DNA from: Acidobacteriota bacterium
GTDB taxonomy: Bacteria > Acidobacteriota > Terriglobia > Terriglobales > Acidobacteriaceae
Assembly: GCA_021805025.1 (NCBI GenBank)
Contig: JAJZGF010000001.1
Span: forward strand, 34,783-98,782
Direction: 5' to 3'
Length of the DNA stretch: 64,000 bases
Shown here: piece by piece, positions 31,286 through 40,975 of the stretch
How positions within the stretch are numbered: position 1 is the stretch's first letter
How the letters are laid out: each line of letters starts with the position of its first letter
The notes under the pieces: model-generated
Databases searched by the model: none
Told to the model about the DNA's origin: nothing
Seen by the model: the letters and a program-made list of their open reading frames with translations, nothing else
Position numbers and translations under genes: made by a program

Positions 31286-31777
31286 CTAATACTCGATCTT
31301 GTTCTTCGACGCGATCCATGCGTCAAAACTGGCCTGCGCTTCTTCGCGAAGCATTTGTGTTGTGGGCAGCGTGCGCGCGGCGTGGTCCCTGCGGAGTTCC
31401 TCGTAAAGGAAAGCGTCGTCGAATCCGGCGCGTGCCGCATCGGCCGCGCTGCATCCGAAAAAAATCGCATCGAGGCGCGCCCAGTAAGAGGCCGCCAGGC
31501 ACATTGGACAGGGTTCGCAACTGGTGTAGAGCTCACAGCCGGCCAGCGTAAATGTGCCCAGGGCGCGGCAGGCGTTGCGGATGGCGTTCACCTCGGCGTG
31601 GGCTGTGGGGTCGTTGGCTGAGGTGACCGAGTTGGCGCCCTCCCCTACGATTCTTCCTTCGCGCACAACGACTGCGGCGAAAGGGCCTCCTTTGCCAGCG
31701 CGCACGTTCTCAGTCGCGAGCGCAATGGCGCGGCGAAGGAACTCCGGATTCGGCGATTGCGGCCTATTCGCTTGCAG
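31286..31777 (-). CDS. guaD: Guanine deaminase, CDA-fold (Bacillus GuaD type)
   Basis: PEFLRRAIALATENVRAGKGGPFAAVVVREGRIVGEGANSVTSANDPTAHAEVNAIRNA...CELYTSCEPCPMCLAASYWARL...FDDAFLYEEL...KIEY follows B. subtilis GuaD end to end, as I recall that sequence. There is no in-frame ATG; CTG 31777 sits after AAGGGGAGG. The start is uncertain, and the long ORF extension to 31924 is rejected. Confidence 0.78.
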   Translation of the reverse strand: MQANRPQSPNPEFLRRAIALATENVRAGKGGPFAAVVVREGRIVGEGANSVTSANDPTAHAEVNAIRNACRALGTFTLAGCELYTSCEPCPMCLAASYWARLDAIFFGCSAADAARAGFDDAFLYEELRRDHAARTLPTTQMLREEAQASFDAWIASKNKIEY

Positions 31778-31809
31778 ATGACCTCCCCTTGCGCGAAAGT
31801 AAAGACAGT

Positions 31810-33165
31810 ATGGCACAGGCGTTCCGCTCAACCCGCGTGGTAACCCCGGACGGGATGAAGCCCGCCACGATTGCGGTCGAGGATGGACGGATCGCGAGCG
31901 TACGCGGCTGGAGCGATCTTTCATCCTCAGACGAACTGCACGACTTTGGCGATCTGATTATGCTGCCGGGACTCGTGGATACACATGTGCACATCAACGA
32001 GCCCGGACGCACGGAGTGGGAAGGGTTCTGGTCGGCCACGCGGGCAGCGGCGGCGGGCGGCGTGACGACGCTGGTGGACATGCCGCTGAACTGCGTGCCC
32101 GAGACGATTGACGTAGCTTCTCTGGAAGCCAAGCGCGCGGCGGCGCAAGGCAAGGCATGGGTGGATTGGGCCGCGTGGGGCGGCGTAGTGCACGGCAATG
32201 CAGAGGCACTGCAACCGCTGGTCGGCGCGGGTGTGCAGGGGTTCAAGTGCTTCCTGATTCACTCGGGGATTGACGGTTTCCACTGGGTGGATGAAGCAGA
32301 TCTGCGGCTTGCGCTGGAACAACTACGCGGTACCGGGCTGCCGTTGCTGGCGCATGCCGAGGTAGCCGGCCCTGTGACGGCAGCCACGGAAGCGCTGAAC
32401 CGGGCGGGTGCGAACTGGCAAGCGTATTGCACCTACCTGGCATCGCGACCGGATGATGCTGAAGTGAAAGCGATTTCCCTTTTGACCCGGCTCGCTGATG
32501 AGTATCAAACCCGGATTCACATCGTACATCTGGCCAGCGCGCGGGCGTTGCCGTTGCTTGTGAGAGCAAAGCAGCAGGGTGTCCCCATCACGGTGGAGAC
32601 CTGTGTGCATTACCTATGGTTCAGCGCCGCTGCGATTCCCGACGGCGCAACGGAGTACAAATGCGCGCCGCCGCTTCGCAGTGAAGCCAATCGCGAGGCT
32701 TTGTGGGGCGCACTGGCTGATGGCGTCGTCGACATGATTGCAACGGATCACTCACCTTGCCCGCCGGCTATGAAACGCCGCGAAGAAGGCCGCTGGGACC
32801 GCGCATGGGGCGGCATTGCCAGCCTCGGGCTTGCGCTGCCTGTAATTTGGACGGAGATGAGCAGACGCGAGATTGACATCCACCATCTGGCGCAGTGGAT
32901 GGCAACGGCTCCTGCGCGGCTTGCCGGCTTCGCCTTGCGGAAGGGTGTGCTGGCCGCAGGCGCCGACGCGGACTTCGCGGTCTTCGATCCGGACGCCGAG
33001 TGGACCGTGACCGCGGAAGATCTGCATTTCCGGCACAAGCTCTCGCCGTATGTTGGCGCGAAAGTACGCGGACGTGTCATGGAGACCTGGCTGCGGGGTG
33101 AGCGCATCTTTGCGCGTGGGCAGTTCGGCGATGGTCCGTGCGGCAGAGAACTGGTGCGCTCATGA
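31810..33165 (+). CDS. allB: Allantoinase
   Basis: The start is ATG 31810 within ORF 31789..33165. LPGLVDTHVHINEPGRTEWEGFWSATRAAAAGGVTT is the allantoinase (cyclic amidohydrolase) metal-binding N-terminal block, and ATDHSPC lies near the C-terminus. Confidence 0.88.
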   Translation: MAQAFRSTRVVTPDGMKPATIAVEDGRIASVRGWSDLSSSDELHDFGDLIMLPGLVDTHVHINEPGRTEWEGFWSATRAAAAGGVTTLVDMPLNCVPETIDVASLEAKRAAAQGKAWVDWAAWGGVVHGNAEALQPLVGAGVQGFKCFLIHSGIDGFHWVDEADLRLALEQLRGTGLPLLAHAEVAGPVTAATEALNRAGANWQAYCTYLASRPDDAEVKAISLLTRLADEYQTRIHIVHLASARALPLLVRAKQQGVPITVETCVHYLWFSAAAIPDGATEYKCAPPLRSEANREALWGALADGVVDMIATDHSPCPPAMKRREEGRWDRAWGGIASLGLALPVIWTEMSRREIDIHHLAQWMATAPARLAGFALRKGVLAAGADADFAVFDPDAEWTVTAEDLHFRHKLSPYVGAKVRGRVMETWLRGERIFARGQFGDGPCGRELVRS

Positions 33166-34385
33166 GAGATCGAGCACTGCGAGCGATGGAGGAATGTCTG
33201 CTGCTTGCCGCGATGACCGAAGAGCCTGGACGCATCACACGCCGCTTTCTGACTGCGCCGATGCATCCTGTTCACGCCCATCTGCGCGCACGCATGGAAG
33301 CGATGGGGCTCGCCGCGCGTGTGGATGCGGCAGGCAATCTGCGCGGCCTGCGGCAAGCTCAAGGCGCATCGGGCAAGAGACTATTGATCGGCTCGCACAT
33401 TGACACAGTGCCGGATGCCGGTGCATTCGATGGGGTCCTCGGCGTGACGATGGCGCTTGAACTGGCGGCGCTGGCGCAGGAGCGCGGCCTTGCTCTTTCG
33501 ATTGAAGTCATCGCATTCTCAGAGGAAGAAGGCGTGCGATTCGGCGTTCCATTCCTGGGGAGTCGCGCGGTCGCGGGACGCTTCGACAGCGGACTGCTCG
33601 CCCTTGCAGACCGGGACGGCACAACCGTGGAGAGTGCGATTCGGGCCTTCGGCCTCGATCCGGATAATATCGGCGAGGCCGCCGCGGGCGACGAAGCCAT
33701 GGCCTTCTTCGAGATGCATATCGAGCAGGGACCGGTGCTGGAGGACGATGAATTGCCCGTTGCAGCGGTGACCGGAATCGTCGGCCAGACGCGGCTCACA
33801 CTCGAGTTCATCGGCCAGGCCAATCACGCGGGCACAACGCCGATGGCGCTTCGCCGCGATGCGCTGACCGCAGCCGCAGAGTGGATTGGAGAAGTGGAAG
33901 CATGCGCCAGGCGGATTGAATGTCTGGCCGCCACTGTTGGCAAAATCGCCGTCAAGCCAAACGCCGCCAATGTAGTCGCCGGGAGCGCGGAGCTAAGCCT
34001 GGATGTGCGCCACATGCTCGACACCTCTCGTCTGGCGGCAACGGAGGAGTTGGTCGCCGCAGCCGGCGCTGTCGCGGAGCGCCGTGGGCTGACCCTCCGA
34101 GTTCGCAAGCTGTCAGAGACACCCGCGGTGCCGATGGATAAGCGACTGACGGCCTTTGTGTGCGATGCGATTGAAGCTGCAGGCAAGCCGGTGAAGTGCA
34201 TGAACAGCGGCGCGGGCCATGATGCCATGGTGATGGCTGCGCGCATGCCCACGGCCATGCTCTTCCTGCGCAGCCCCGGTGGCATCAGCCATCATCCCGC
34301 GGAAAGTGTGCTGGCCGACGACGTTGAGACCGGGCTGAGAGTGGCGTGGAATTTTCTTGAACGGCTCGCAGCGGACGTCAGATAG
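33162..34385 (+). CDS. allC: Allantoate amidohydrolase (M20/AllC family)
   Basis: ATG 33162 overlaps the allB stop (ATGA). The M20 dimeric amidohydrolase blocks GSHIDTVPDAGAFDGVLGV, AFSEEEGVRF and the C-terminal SGAGHDAM are present. Assignment relative to the paralog at 35180 rests on adjacency to allB only. Confidence 0.78.
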   Translation: MRDRALRAMEECLLLAAMTEEPGRITRRFLTAPMHPVHAHLRARMEAMGLAARVDAAGNLRGLRQAQGASGKRLLIGSHIDTVPDAGAFDGVLGVTMALELAALAQERGLALSIEVIAFSEEEGVRFGVPFLGSRAVAGRFDSGLLALADRDGTTVESAIRAFGLDPDNIGEAAAGDEAMAFFEMHIEQGPVLEDDELPVAAVTGIVGQTRLTLEFIGQANHAGTTPMALRRDALTAAAEWIGEVEACARRIECLAATVGKIAVKPNAANVVAGSAELSLDVRHMLDTSRLAATEELVAAAGAVAERRGLTLRVRKLSETPAVPMDKRLTAFVCDAIEAAGKPVKCMNSGAGHDAMVMAARMPTAMLFLRSPGGISHHPAESVLADDVETGLRVAWNFLERLAADVR

Positions 34386-34439
34386 AATCAAGCAACGGTT
34401 TTTGCCGTCTTATATTCCTTTCTTTACGCGAGGTCGCGA

Positions 34440-35177
34440 TTGCAGCATCTGGGTGCAACACGAAGCAGTCTGAAGCACGACCATCTGCTCCAGACACCGG
34501 ACACATTTATCCGTACGCCGCTTCCGGGTGCGGATGGCGTGGAGTTCATCGTTCATGCAGGGCCGCGGTTGGGTGCGGGATTTGTGCAAATGACCGCGGA
34601 GTTCACCGCATTTGGCAAGCTCGGACCTGCTCCGGCGCAGCGATTCATTTATGTGCTCGAAGGTGAGCTCGAGGTCGCAGCGGCGGGGCAACGGCATTTT
34701 TTGACCGCGGGCGGGTTTATATATCTGCCTCAAGGAACGAATCATGCGGTGCAGGCTTCCTCGATTGCGCGGGCGACGGTGATTGAAAAGCCCTACGAGC
34801 CTGGCAACGGCAACGTGCCGCCCGGCATTGTGGTGGGCCATGAAGACGCTATCAGCGCGATTGCCCTGATGGGCGATGAAGGATTGCGCGTGAAATCGCT
34901 GATGCCTGATGGCCCGCAATATGACTTTGCCGTGAACACGATGACCTATGACCCAGGCGCTGCACTGAGCATGGTGGAAGTGCATGTGATGGAGCATGGC
35001 CTTCTGATGCTCGAAGGCAGTGGCATCTATCGGCTCGGCGACCAGTGGTATCCCGTGCAGGCAGGGGATTTTATCTGGATGGCGGCGTATTGTCCGCAGT
35101 GGTTCGGCGCGCTTGGCAAGCGCCCCGCGAAGTATCTGATTTACAAGGATTGGCGCAGGCATCCGCTGGGAGCGTAG
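34440..35177 (+). CDS. allE: (S)-ureidoglycine aminohydrolase (bicupin, AllE/YlbA family)
   Basis: TTG start, 245 aa. VEVHVMEHGLLMLEGSGIYRLGDQWYPVQAGDFIWMAAYCPQ parallels the E. coli AllE block [38 protein letters not shown]. Confidence 0.75.
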   Translation: MQHLGATRSSLKHDHLLQTPDTFIRTPLPGADGVEFIVHAGPRLGAGFVQMTAEFTAFGKLGPAPAQRFIYVLEGELEVAAAGQRHFLTAGGFIYLPQGTNHAVQASSIARATVIEKPYEPGNGNVPPGIVVGHEDAISAIALMGDEGLRVKSLMPDGPQYDFAVNTMTYDPGAALSMVEVHVMEHGLLMLEGSGIYRLGDQWYPVQAGDFIWMAAYCPQWFGALGKRPAKYLIYKDWRRHPLGA

Positions 35178-35179
35178 CG

Positions 35180-36427
35180 ATGGAGTCATCCGGACTGAAA
35201 CTCGGATTCGACGGGTTACTTGCTGAGCTTGCGGCCCTGGCGAAGATCTCAGAGGCCGAGCCTCCGGTCGTCACACGGGTGGTCTTCAGCGAAGCAGATC
35301 TGCACGCACGCGCCTATGTAAAACGCCTCTGCATCCATGCCGGACTGACGGTGCATGAAGATGCTGTCGGCAATACTTTCGCGCGATGGGCCGGGAGCGA
35401 TCCGGGCCTTGCGCCCGTTGGGACCGGCTCACACATTGATGCGATTCCCAACGCTGGCATGTATGACGGCTGCGTTGGCGTGCTGGGCGGGCTAGAAGCG
35501 ATTCGCGTGCTGCAGAAGCTCGGATTCAAGCCTCGGCGCTCCATCGAACTGGTGATCTTTACCGCGGAAGAGCCGACTCGCTTTGGCATTGGCTGCCTGG
35601 GAAGCCGGATGATGGCGGGCGTGCTGACCGCTGCACAGGCGCTCGCACTGCGCGACAAGGAGGGACACGGTCTGGATGAGTTACGCGCGCGAGCCGGTTT
35701 TACAGGCTCTCTTGCATCCGTTGCACTGACGACTGGGCGCTTTCATCAGTTTGTGGAGTTGCACATTGAGCAAGGACCTTTGCTCGAACAGGATGGAATC
35801 GACATTGGACTCGTCACTCATATAGCGGCTCCGGCAAGCGTGCGCATCATGCTGGAGGGCGAAGGCGGCCATGCCGGCGGAAAGCTGATGCCGGGACGCA
35901 AGGACGCTTTGACCGCTGCGGCGGAGCTGATTCTCGCACTTGAGGCTGCCGCCAAATCCAGCGGCGCAATCGATACAGTGGCAACTGTGGGCGTATGCGA
36001 TGTTTTTCCCGGCGCTGTGAATAGCATCCCCTCGCGCGTGCGCCTTGAGACCGATATTCGCGATACAGATGGGACACGGCGCGATCGCGTCCTTGCGGTC
36101 CTGCAGGCTACTTGCAATCAGGTTGCGCTACGGCGAGGAGTCGCGATTTCCGCGGAGATGGTCAATGCCGATCCGCCGGCCACATGCGACCCGGCGATTG
36201 TAACTGCAATGGAGGAGGCGGCAAAGGCGGCGGGCAAAACCTGCAAGAGAATGGTGAGCCGCGCCTATCACGACACTCTGTTCATGGCGCGCATTGCGCC
36301 GGTGGCAATGCTCTTCATCCCCTGTCGCGGCGGAGTGAGTCATCGCCCGGACGAGTACGCGTCCCCGGAGTGGGTCGGCAGCGGCATCCATGTGCTGGCA
36401 CGCACGCTTGCCACGCTGGCGAGTTGA
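35180..36427 (+). CDS. Second M20 amidohydrolase; candidate ureidoglycolate amidohydrolase (UAH)
   Basis: ATG 35180 lies 2 nt after the allE stop. It is a paralog of 33162..34385 (GSHIDAIPNAGMYDGCVGV, IFTAEEPTRFG, SRAYHDTLFMA). The function is inferred from its position after the cupin. Confidence 0.68.
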   Translation: MESSGLKLGFDGLLAELAALAKISEAEPPVVTRVVFSEADLHARAYVKRLCIHAGLTVHEDAVGNTFARWAGSDPGLAPVGTGSHIDAIPNAGMYDGCVGVLGGLEAIRVLQKLGFKPRRSIELVIFTAEEPTRFGIGCLGSRMMAGVLTAAQALALRDKEGHGLDELRARAGFTGSLASVALTTGRFHQFVELHIEQGPLLEQDGIDIGLVTHIAAPASVRIMLEGEGGHAGGKLMPGRKDALTAAAELILALEAAAKSSGAIDTVATVGVCDVFPGAVNSIPSRVRLETDIRDTDGTRRDRVLAVLQATCNQVALRRGVAISAEMVNADPPATCDPAIVTAMEEAAKAAGKTCKRMVSRAYHDTLFMARIAPVAMLFIPCRGGVSHRPDEYASPEWVGSGIHVLARTLATLAS

Positions 36428-36504
36428 CGCAACCGCTTTGCAACTGGGCCGGTTCGTTGTATGCTATCCCTCAACCCGCAGGGCCGTTCGCCCGTTCCTG
36501 AAGC

Positions 36505-38766
36505 ATGCATAAAGACACGACAACTCGCGTTGTTGGCGCACCCGTCCCCCGAAAAGAGGGCATGGAAAAGCTGCTTGGAAAGGCGCGGTACCTGGATGAC
36601 ATCGAACGTGAAGGCATGTGGCATGGAGCCACGGTGCGTAGTACGGTACCACGCGGATTGGTCAAGTCCATCCGCTATGACGCGCGCATCGAGTGGAGCG
36701 AGTTCGCCATAGTGACCGCGCCGGACATTCCCGGCGACAATCACATCCAACTGATTTTCGCCGATCAACCGTGCCTCGCCGATGGGATGGTGAACCACTG
36801 CGATGAGGCGATTGTGCTGCTTGCGCATCCTGACAAGCACAAGGTGCGCGAGGCGGCAGCAGCGGTGCGGATCGAGTATGAAGAACTTCCGCCGGTTTTC
36901 ACCATTGAAGAGAGCGAGCGGCAGGATGTGGTGGTCTGGGGCGCGGACAATCTGCTGAAGAGTTTTCTGCTGGAGAAAGGGGATGTAGACGCTGCATGGG
37001 CGGGCGCAGCGCACATCGTCGAGGGCGAATATCGCACCGGCGCACAGGAGCATCTCTACATTGAGAACAACGGCGCAATCGCGGAGTACAGCGCGGAGAA
37101 CGGCGTCACGGTGTGGGGATCGCTGCAATGCCCGTACTACGTACACAAGTCGCTGCGCGCTGTCTTCGATCTTCCGGAAGACAAAGTGCGCGTGATTCAA
37201 ACTGAGACGGGCGGCGCATTTGGCGGCAAGGAAGACTATCCCTCGATCATTACCTCTCATGCGGCGCTGCTGGCGATGAAGAGCGGTCATCCTGTGAAGA
37301 TCGTGTACGACCGTATGGAAGACCTGGCTGCTACCACCAAGCGTCACCCGTCGCGTGTTCGGCATCGCACGGCTCTCGACCAGGCAGGCAAGTTGCTGGC
37401 GATGGACATCGAAGTAGCCACCGATGGCGGCGCATATTCGACGCTTTCCTCCACGGTGCTTTCGCGCGCCACTCTGCACGCTCCGGGCCCGTACGTTTGC
37501 CAGAACGTGCGGGTGCATTCCCGTGCGTGGGCTACGAATAGCGTTCCCTATGGGGCATTTCGCGGCTTCGGCGCGCCGCAGGCCATCTTTGCCATTGAGC
37601 GCCACATGGATGAGATCGCCGCTGCGATCGGGATTGAGCCTGTAGAGCTACGCCGCAGGAACTTTCTTCATGACGGAGACACGACGGCCACCGAACAGGT
37701 GATGCGCGAGCCGGTGATTCTGGATCGGCTGCTCGACAGCGTGCTTGCCAAGAGCGATTATCATTTGCGCCGAACGAAGTTCGCTCGGGAGAACCCAGGC
37801 AGCCCTGTGAAGCGCGGCATGGGGATAGCGTCCTTTTATCACGGGTCTGGATTCACAGGTTCAGGCGAGCGCACTCTGAATTCTCTTGCGGGCGTGGACG
37901 TAATGAAGGATGGCCAGGTGCGCGTGCTTGTCTCAAGCACTGAGTTTGGGCAGGGCACGAACACGATTCTTCCACAGATTGCGGCCGAGACATTGAACAT
38001 TGATTATGCGCATGTGGTGATGGCTCCTGCGGATACCGCGATCGTTCCCAACAGCGGGCCAACCGTGGCCTCGCGCACGGCGATGGTGGTTGGGAAGCTG
38101 ATTGAGCGGGCAAGCCTGCAACTGGTGGAGCGTCTGCGCAAGGGAGCGGGGCTGGCTGCCGAGTACAGCACCCGCGAGTTCTTCGAAGCTTGCGAACGGT
38201 ATCGTGCGCTGCACGGTGAGGTGAGTTCACTTTGCCGCTATGAAGCTCCTCCCGGGATCTTCTGGGATGACCAGAAGTATCGCGGTGAGGCCTATCCCGC
38301 CTACGCATGGTGCGTGCAGGTAGCACAGGTTGCAGTGGACAGCGTCACGGCTACAGCGGAAGTGGAAGAGTTCTGGTCCGCGCAGGAAGTGGGACGCGTG
38401 TTGAACCCGGTGCTGGCGGGCGGACAGGTTGAAGGCGGGATTGCGCAGGGCATCGGGTATGCGCTGTATGAAAAGGTCATTCTGCAGAACGGGCACATGG
38501 CCAACAATCAGATGACGAACTACATTATGCCTACCGCAGAGGACATACCTCCCATCCATATCTATTTTGAGGAGATTCCTTTCAGCCATGGGGGTTGCGG
38601 TGCAAAGGGCATTGGCGAACTGCCGCACGATGGGCCCGCGCCCGCGATTCTGAACGCGATCAGGGATGCGACGGGCCTGTCCTTCTGCGCAATTCCATTG
38701 ATGCCTGAAGAGATGATGGAGCGCCTTGAGAAGAAGGCGAACGTAGCGGAAACGGCAATTGCATGA
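36505..38766 (+). CDS. xdhA: Xanthine dehydrogenase family, molybdopterin-binding large subunit
   Basis: 753 aa. An a/b-hammerhead N-terminus (GKARYLDDI) is followed by ETGGAFGGKE, GFRGFGAPQ and a C-terminal KGIGE block typical of aldehyde oxidase/XDH Mo subunits. Confidence 0.88.
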   Translation: MHKDTTTRVVGAPVPRKEGMEKLLGKARYLDDIEREGMWHGATVRSTVPRGLVKSIRYDARIEWSEFAIVTAPDIPGDNHIQLIFADQPCLADGMVNHCDEAIVLLAHPDKHKVREAAAAVRIEYEELPPVFTIEESERQDVVVWGADNLLKSFLLEKGDVDAAWAGAAHIVEGEYRTGAQEHLYIENNGAIAEYSAENGVTVWGSLQCPYYVHKSLRAVFDLPEDKVRVIQTETGGAFGGKEDYPSIITSHAALLAMKSGHPVKIVYDRMEDLAATTKRHPSRVRHRTALDQAGKLLAMDIEVATDGGAYSTLSSTVLSRATLHAPGPYVCQNVRVHSRAWATNSVPYGAFRGFGAPQAIFAIERHMDEIAAAIGIEPVELRRRNFLHDGDTTATEQVMREPVILDRLLDSVLAKSDYHLRRTKFARENPGSPVKRGMGIASFYHGSGFTGSGERTLNSLAGVDVMKDGQVRVLVSSTEFGQGTNTILPQIAAETLNIDYAHVVMAPADTAIVPNSGPTVASRTAMVVGKLIERASLQLVERLRKGAGLAAEYSTREFFEACERYRALHGEVSSLCRYEAPPGIFWDDQKYRGEAYPAYAWCVQVAQVAVDSVTATAEVEEFWSAQEVGRVLNPVLAGGQVEGGIAQGIGYALYEKVILQNGHMANNQMTNYIMPTAEDIPPIHIYFEEIPFSHGGCGAKGIGELPHDGPAPAILNAIRDATGLSFCAIPLMPEEMMERLEKKANVAETAIA

Positions 38767-39272
38767 GCACAGAGTGGCCCACAGTCCATCTCACAGTGAA
38801 CGGAGAACGCCTTACCGTGCAGGCGCCGTCCATGAAGAGGCTTCTGGATGTGTTGCGGGAGGATCTTCGTCTGACTGGAACCAAGGAAGGCTGCGGTGAA
38901 GGCGAATGCGGCTCCTGCTCGGTGAGGATGAACGGCGACCTGGTGAACAGTTGTCTGGTGCCTGTTTTACAGGCTGCCGGCGCAGAGATCGAGACCGTGG
39001 AAGGCCTTGGGAAAAGCGGCGCACTTCATGCGCTTCAAGAAGCGTTCCTGCGCTGCGGCGGGGCGCAGTGCGGGATATGCACGCCAGGCATGTTGATGGC
39101 GGCGGCGCACCTGCTGGCAAATCGGCTGCAGCCTACGCTGGGGGAAATTCGCGAGGGATTGGCAGGCAACCTTTGCCGTTGCACGGGATTCGTTCGCATC
39201 TTTGAGTCTGTACTGCAGGCAGCATCCCAGAGCCAGGCACGCAGCGGCGATGAGGGCACCGATGCGCGGTAA
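38763..39272 (+). CDS. Xanthine dehydrogenase [2Fe-2S] small subunit
   Basis: ATGA overlap with the Mo subunit. It carries [11 protein letters not shown] (plant-type Fe-S) and CGICTPGM...CRCTGF (second cluster). Confidence 0.9.
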   Translation: MSTEWPTVHLTVNGERLTVQAPSMKRLLDVLREDLRLTGTKEGCGEGECGSCSVRMNGDLVNSCLVPVLQAAGAEIETVEGLGKSGALHALQEAFLRCGGAQCGICTPGMLMAAAHLLANRLQPTLGEIREGLAGNLCRCTGFVRIFESVLQAASQSQARSGDEGTDAR

Positions 39273-40140
39273 CGCAGAGATACATGCGCTTGTGGCGCCG
39301 GGCTCGCTGGCGGGCGTGCTAAGCCTGCTTGCGGCGGAGCCGGGGCAATGGACTCCGTTTGCAGGAGGGACAGAACTGATGGTGGCACATGCGGCAGGCC
39401 GCCTGCAGCCAGGCCGCTTTGTCAGCCTGTGGGGAGTACAGGAATTACGCTTCATCACTCCAGAGTCAGCAAGCATTGCTATCGGCGCTGGAACAACCTT
39501 CAGCGATCTGCGCGCCAGCAGCGACATTGCCGCGGATTTTCCGCTGCTTGCAAGGGCAGCAGGGTGGATCGGCTCCATCGCAAATCAATGCCGAGCGACG
39601 CTGGGCGGCAACCTGGTGAACGGATCGCCCGCAGCGGACTCATCCCCGGCCCTGCTGGTCTATGACGCAGAGTTGGAGATCATCTCGGCCCGTGGGCGGC
39701 GACGCATCCCGTACGGTGAATTCCATACCGGCTACAAGCGCACCGTGCTGGCTGCAGATGAACTGCTGTTTGCGATTCATCTTCCCCGTCGGTTTCAGCA
39801 GCATCGCCTCTATGCGCGCAAGGTGGGAACACGCCGAGCGATGGCGATCTCGAAAGTTGCGCTGGCGGCAACTGCATGGATACGCGATGGAGTTGTGCAT
39901 GATCTTCGTCTGGCAGCGGCTAGCCTTGGTCCGTATCCCATGCGTTTGAAACAAACGGAGTCTGCGGTGCTCGGTCAGTCCATCAATACGTCAACGATGC
40001 TCGCCGCGCAGCAAGCTCTGCGGTCTGAAGCGCAGCCGATTGACGATATACGCTCTACCGCAGATTATCGCAGGCGCGTTGCGGCGAACCTGCTGCGCGA
40101 GTGCCTTGAGCAGTTTTCCACGACGGAGGCACAAGCATGA
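39262..40140 (+). CDS. Xanthine dehydrogenase FAD-binding subunit (CoxM/XdhB-like)
   Basis: [26 protein letters not shown] and a CO-dehydrogenase flavoprotein C-domain are present. The start is ATG 39262 (alternative 39250) and overlaps the Fe-S gene end. Confidence 0.85.
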   Translation: MRGNAEIHALVAPGSLAGVLSLLAAEPGQWTPFAGGTELMVAHAAGRLQPGRFVSLWGVQELRFITPESASIAIGAGTTFSDLRASSDIAADFPLLARAAGWIGSIANQCRATLGGNLVNGSPAADSSPALLVYDAELEIISARGRRRIPYGEFHTGYKRTVLAADELLFAIHLPRRFQQHRLYARKVGTRRAMAISKVALAATAWIRDGVVHDLRLAAASLGPYPMRLKQTESAVLGQSINTSTMLAAQQALRSEAQPIDDIRSTADYRRRVAANLLRECLEQFSTTEAQA

Positions 40141-40646
40141 ACGCAATGCTGGCGGCTTGGAACGCGGCGAGCCGCGCCGATGCGCTGGAAGCGATGCTGG
40201 CCTGCTGCGGTGCGCGGCGCTGGGCGGAGGCGATGGTGGAGAAGCGCCCCATGCAAAACATTGTGGCATTGAGTGAAGAAGCAGACAGGACCTGGGCGAC
40301 GATGAAAGACGGCGACTTGATTGAGGCCTTCGCCTGCCATCCCCGCATCGGCGAAAGAACCAGAGGGCACATGGCCACACAGTCTGCGGTATGGTCGCGC
40401 CAGGAGCAGTCCTCGGCAGATGCGGCGGATGCGCACGTGATGACGGAACTCGCTGCGCTGAATGAGCTGTATGAGCAGCGATTCGGCTTCACCTATATCG
40501 TCTGTGCAACGGGCAAGAGCGCCGAAGAGATGCTCGCGATCTTAAAGCGCCGTCTGGAGAGTGACCGCGCCCTGGAGTTGCGTGAGGCTGCGGAGCAGCA
40601 GCGTTTGATCTTGCAGATCCGTCTGGGAAAGTGGCTGGCGCAATGA
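40137..40646 (+). CDS. uraD: OHCU decarboxylase (2-oxo-4-hydroxy-4-carboxy-5-ureidoimidazoline decarboxylase)
   Basis: ATGA overlap with the FAD subunit. CCGARRWA...AFACHPRIGE...LNELYEQRFGFTYIVCATGKSAEEML is the OHCU decarboxylase signature. Confidence 0.85.
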   Translation: MNAMLAAWNAASRADALEAMLACCGARRWAEAMVEKRPMQNIVALSEEADRTWATMKDGDLIEAFACHPRIGERTRGHMATQSAVWSRQEQSSADAADAHVMTELAALNELYEQRFGFTYIVCATGKSAEEMLAILKRRLESDRALELREAAEQQRLILQIRLGKWLAQ

Positions 40647-40972
40647 GCAGAATTTCGACGCACGTCCTGGATGTTGTGATGGGCAGGCCCGCCGAGGGTG
40701 TTGCCGTCCACCTTGACGCCCGAGAGGAAGATGCCTGGATCAGAGTTGGCAGTGGAACCACGGACCGGGATGGGCGCTGCTCTGATCTTCTGCGCGAAGC
40801 GTGCGCCGGCGAATACAGGCTTGTCTTTGCCACGGGCAATTATCTTGCGCGGATGGGCCGAAGCAGCATTTACCCGGAAATCATTCTCCACTTTCGCTGC
40901 GATGGGTTGGAGCATCTTCACCTTCCGCTTTTGTTGAGCGACAACAGCTACACAACCTACCGAGGAAGTTGA
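40643..40972 (+). CDS. uraH: 5-hydroxyisourate hydrolase (transthyretin-like)
   Basis: ATGA overlap with the previous gene. It begins MSRISTHVLD..GRPA.GV.V.L and ends with the diagnostic YTTYRGS. Confidence 0.9.
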   Translation: MSRISTHVLDVVMGRPAEGVAVHLDAREEDAWIRVGSGTTDRDGRCSDLLREACAGEYRLVFATGNYLARMGRSSIYPEIILHFRCDGLEHLHLPLLLSDNSYTTYRGS

Positions 40973-40975
40973 CGC

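Noticed and set aside
36396-36411. TGGCAC-N6-TTGC, resembling a sigma54 -24/-12 promoter about 95 nt upstream of xdhA
   Set aside because: The GG-to-GC spacing is 11 nt instead of the invariant 10, and the motif lies inside the coding end of the preceding gene. It is probably fortuitous.
36340-37605. 421-aa ORF on the minus strand
   Set aside because: It is antisense to the 3' end of the M20 gene and the xdh large subunit. It has no recognisable domain or RBS, whereas the sense-strand genes have strong family signatures.
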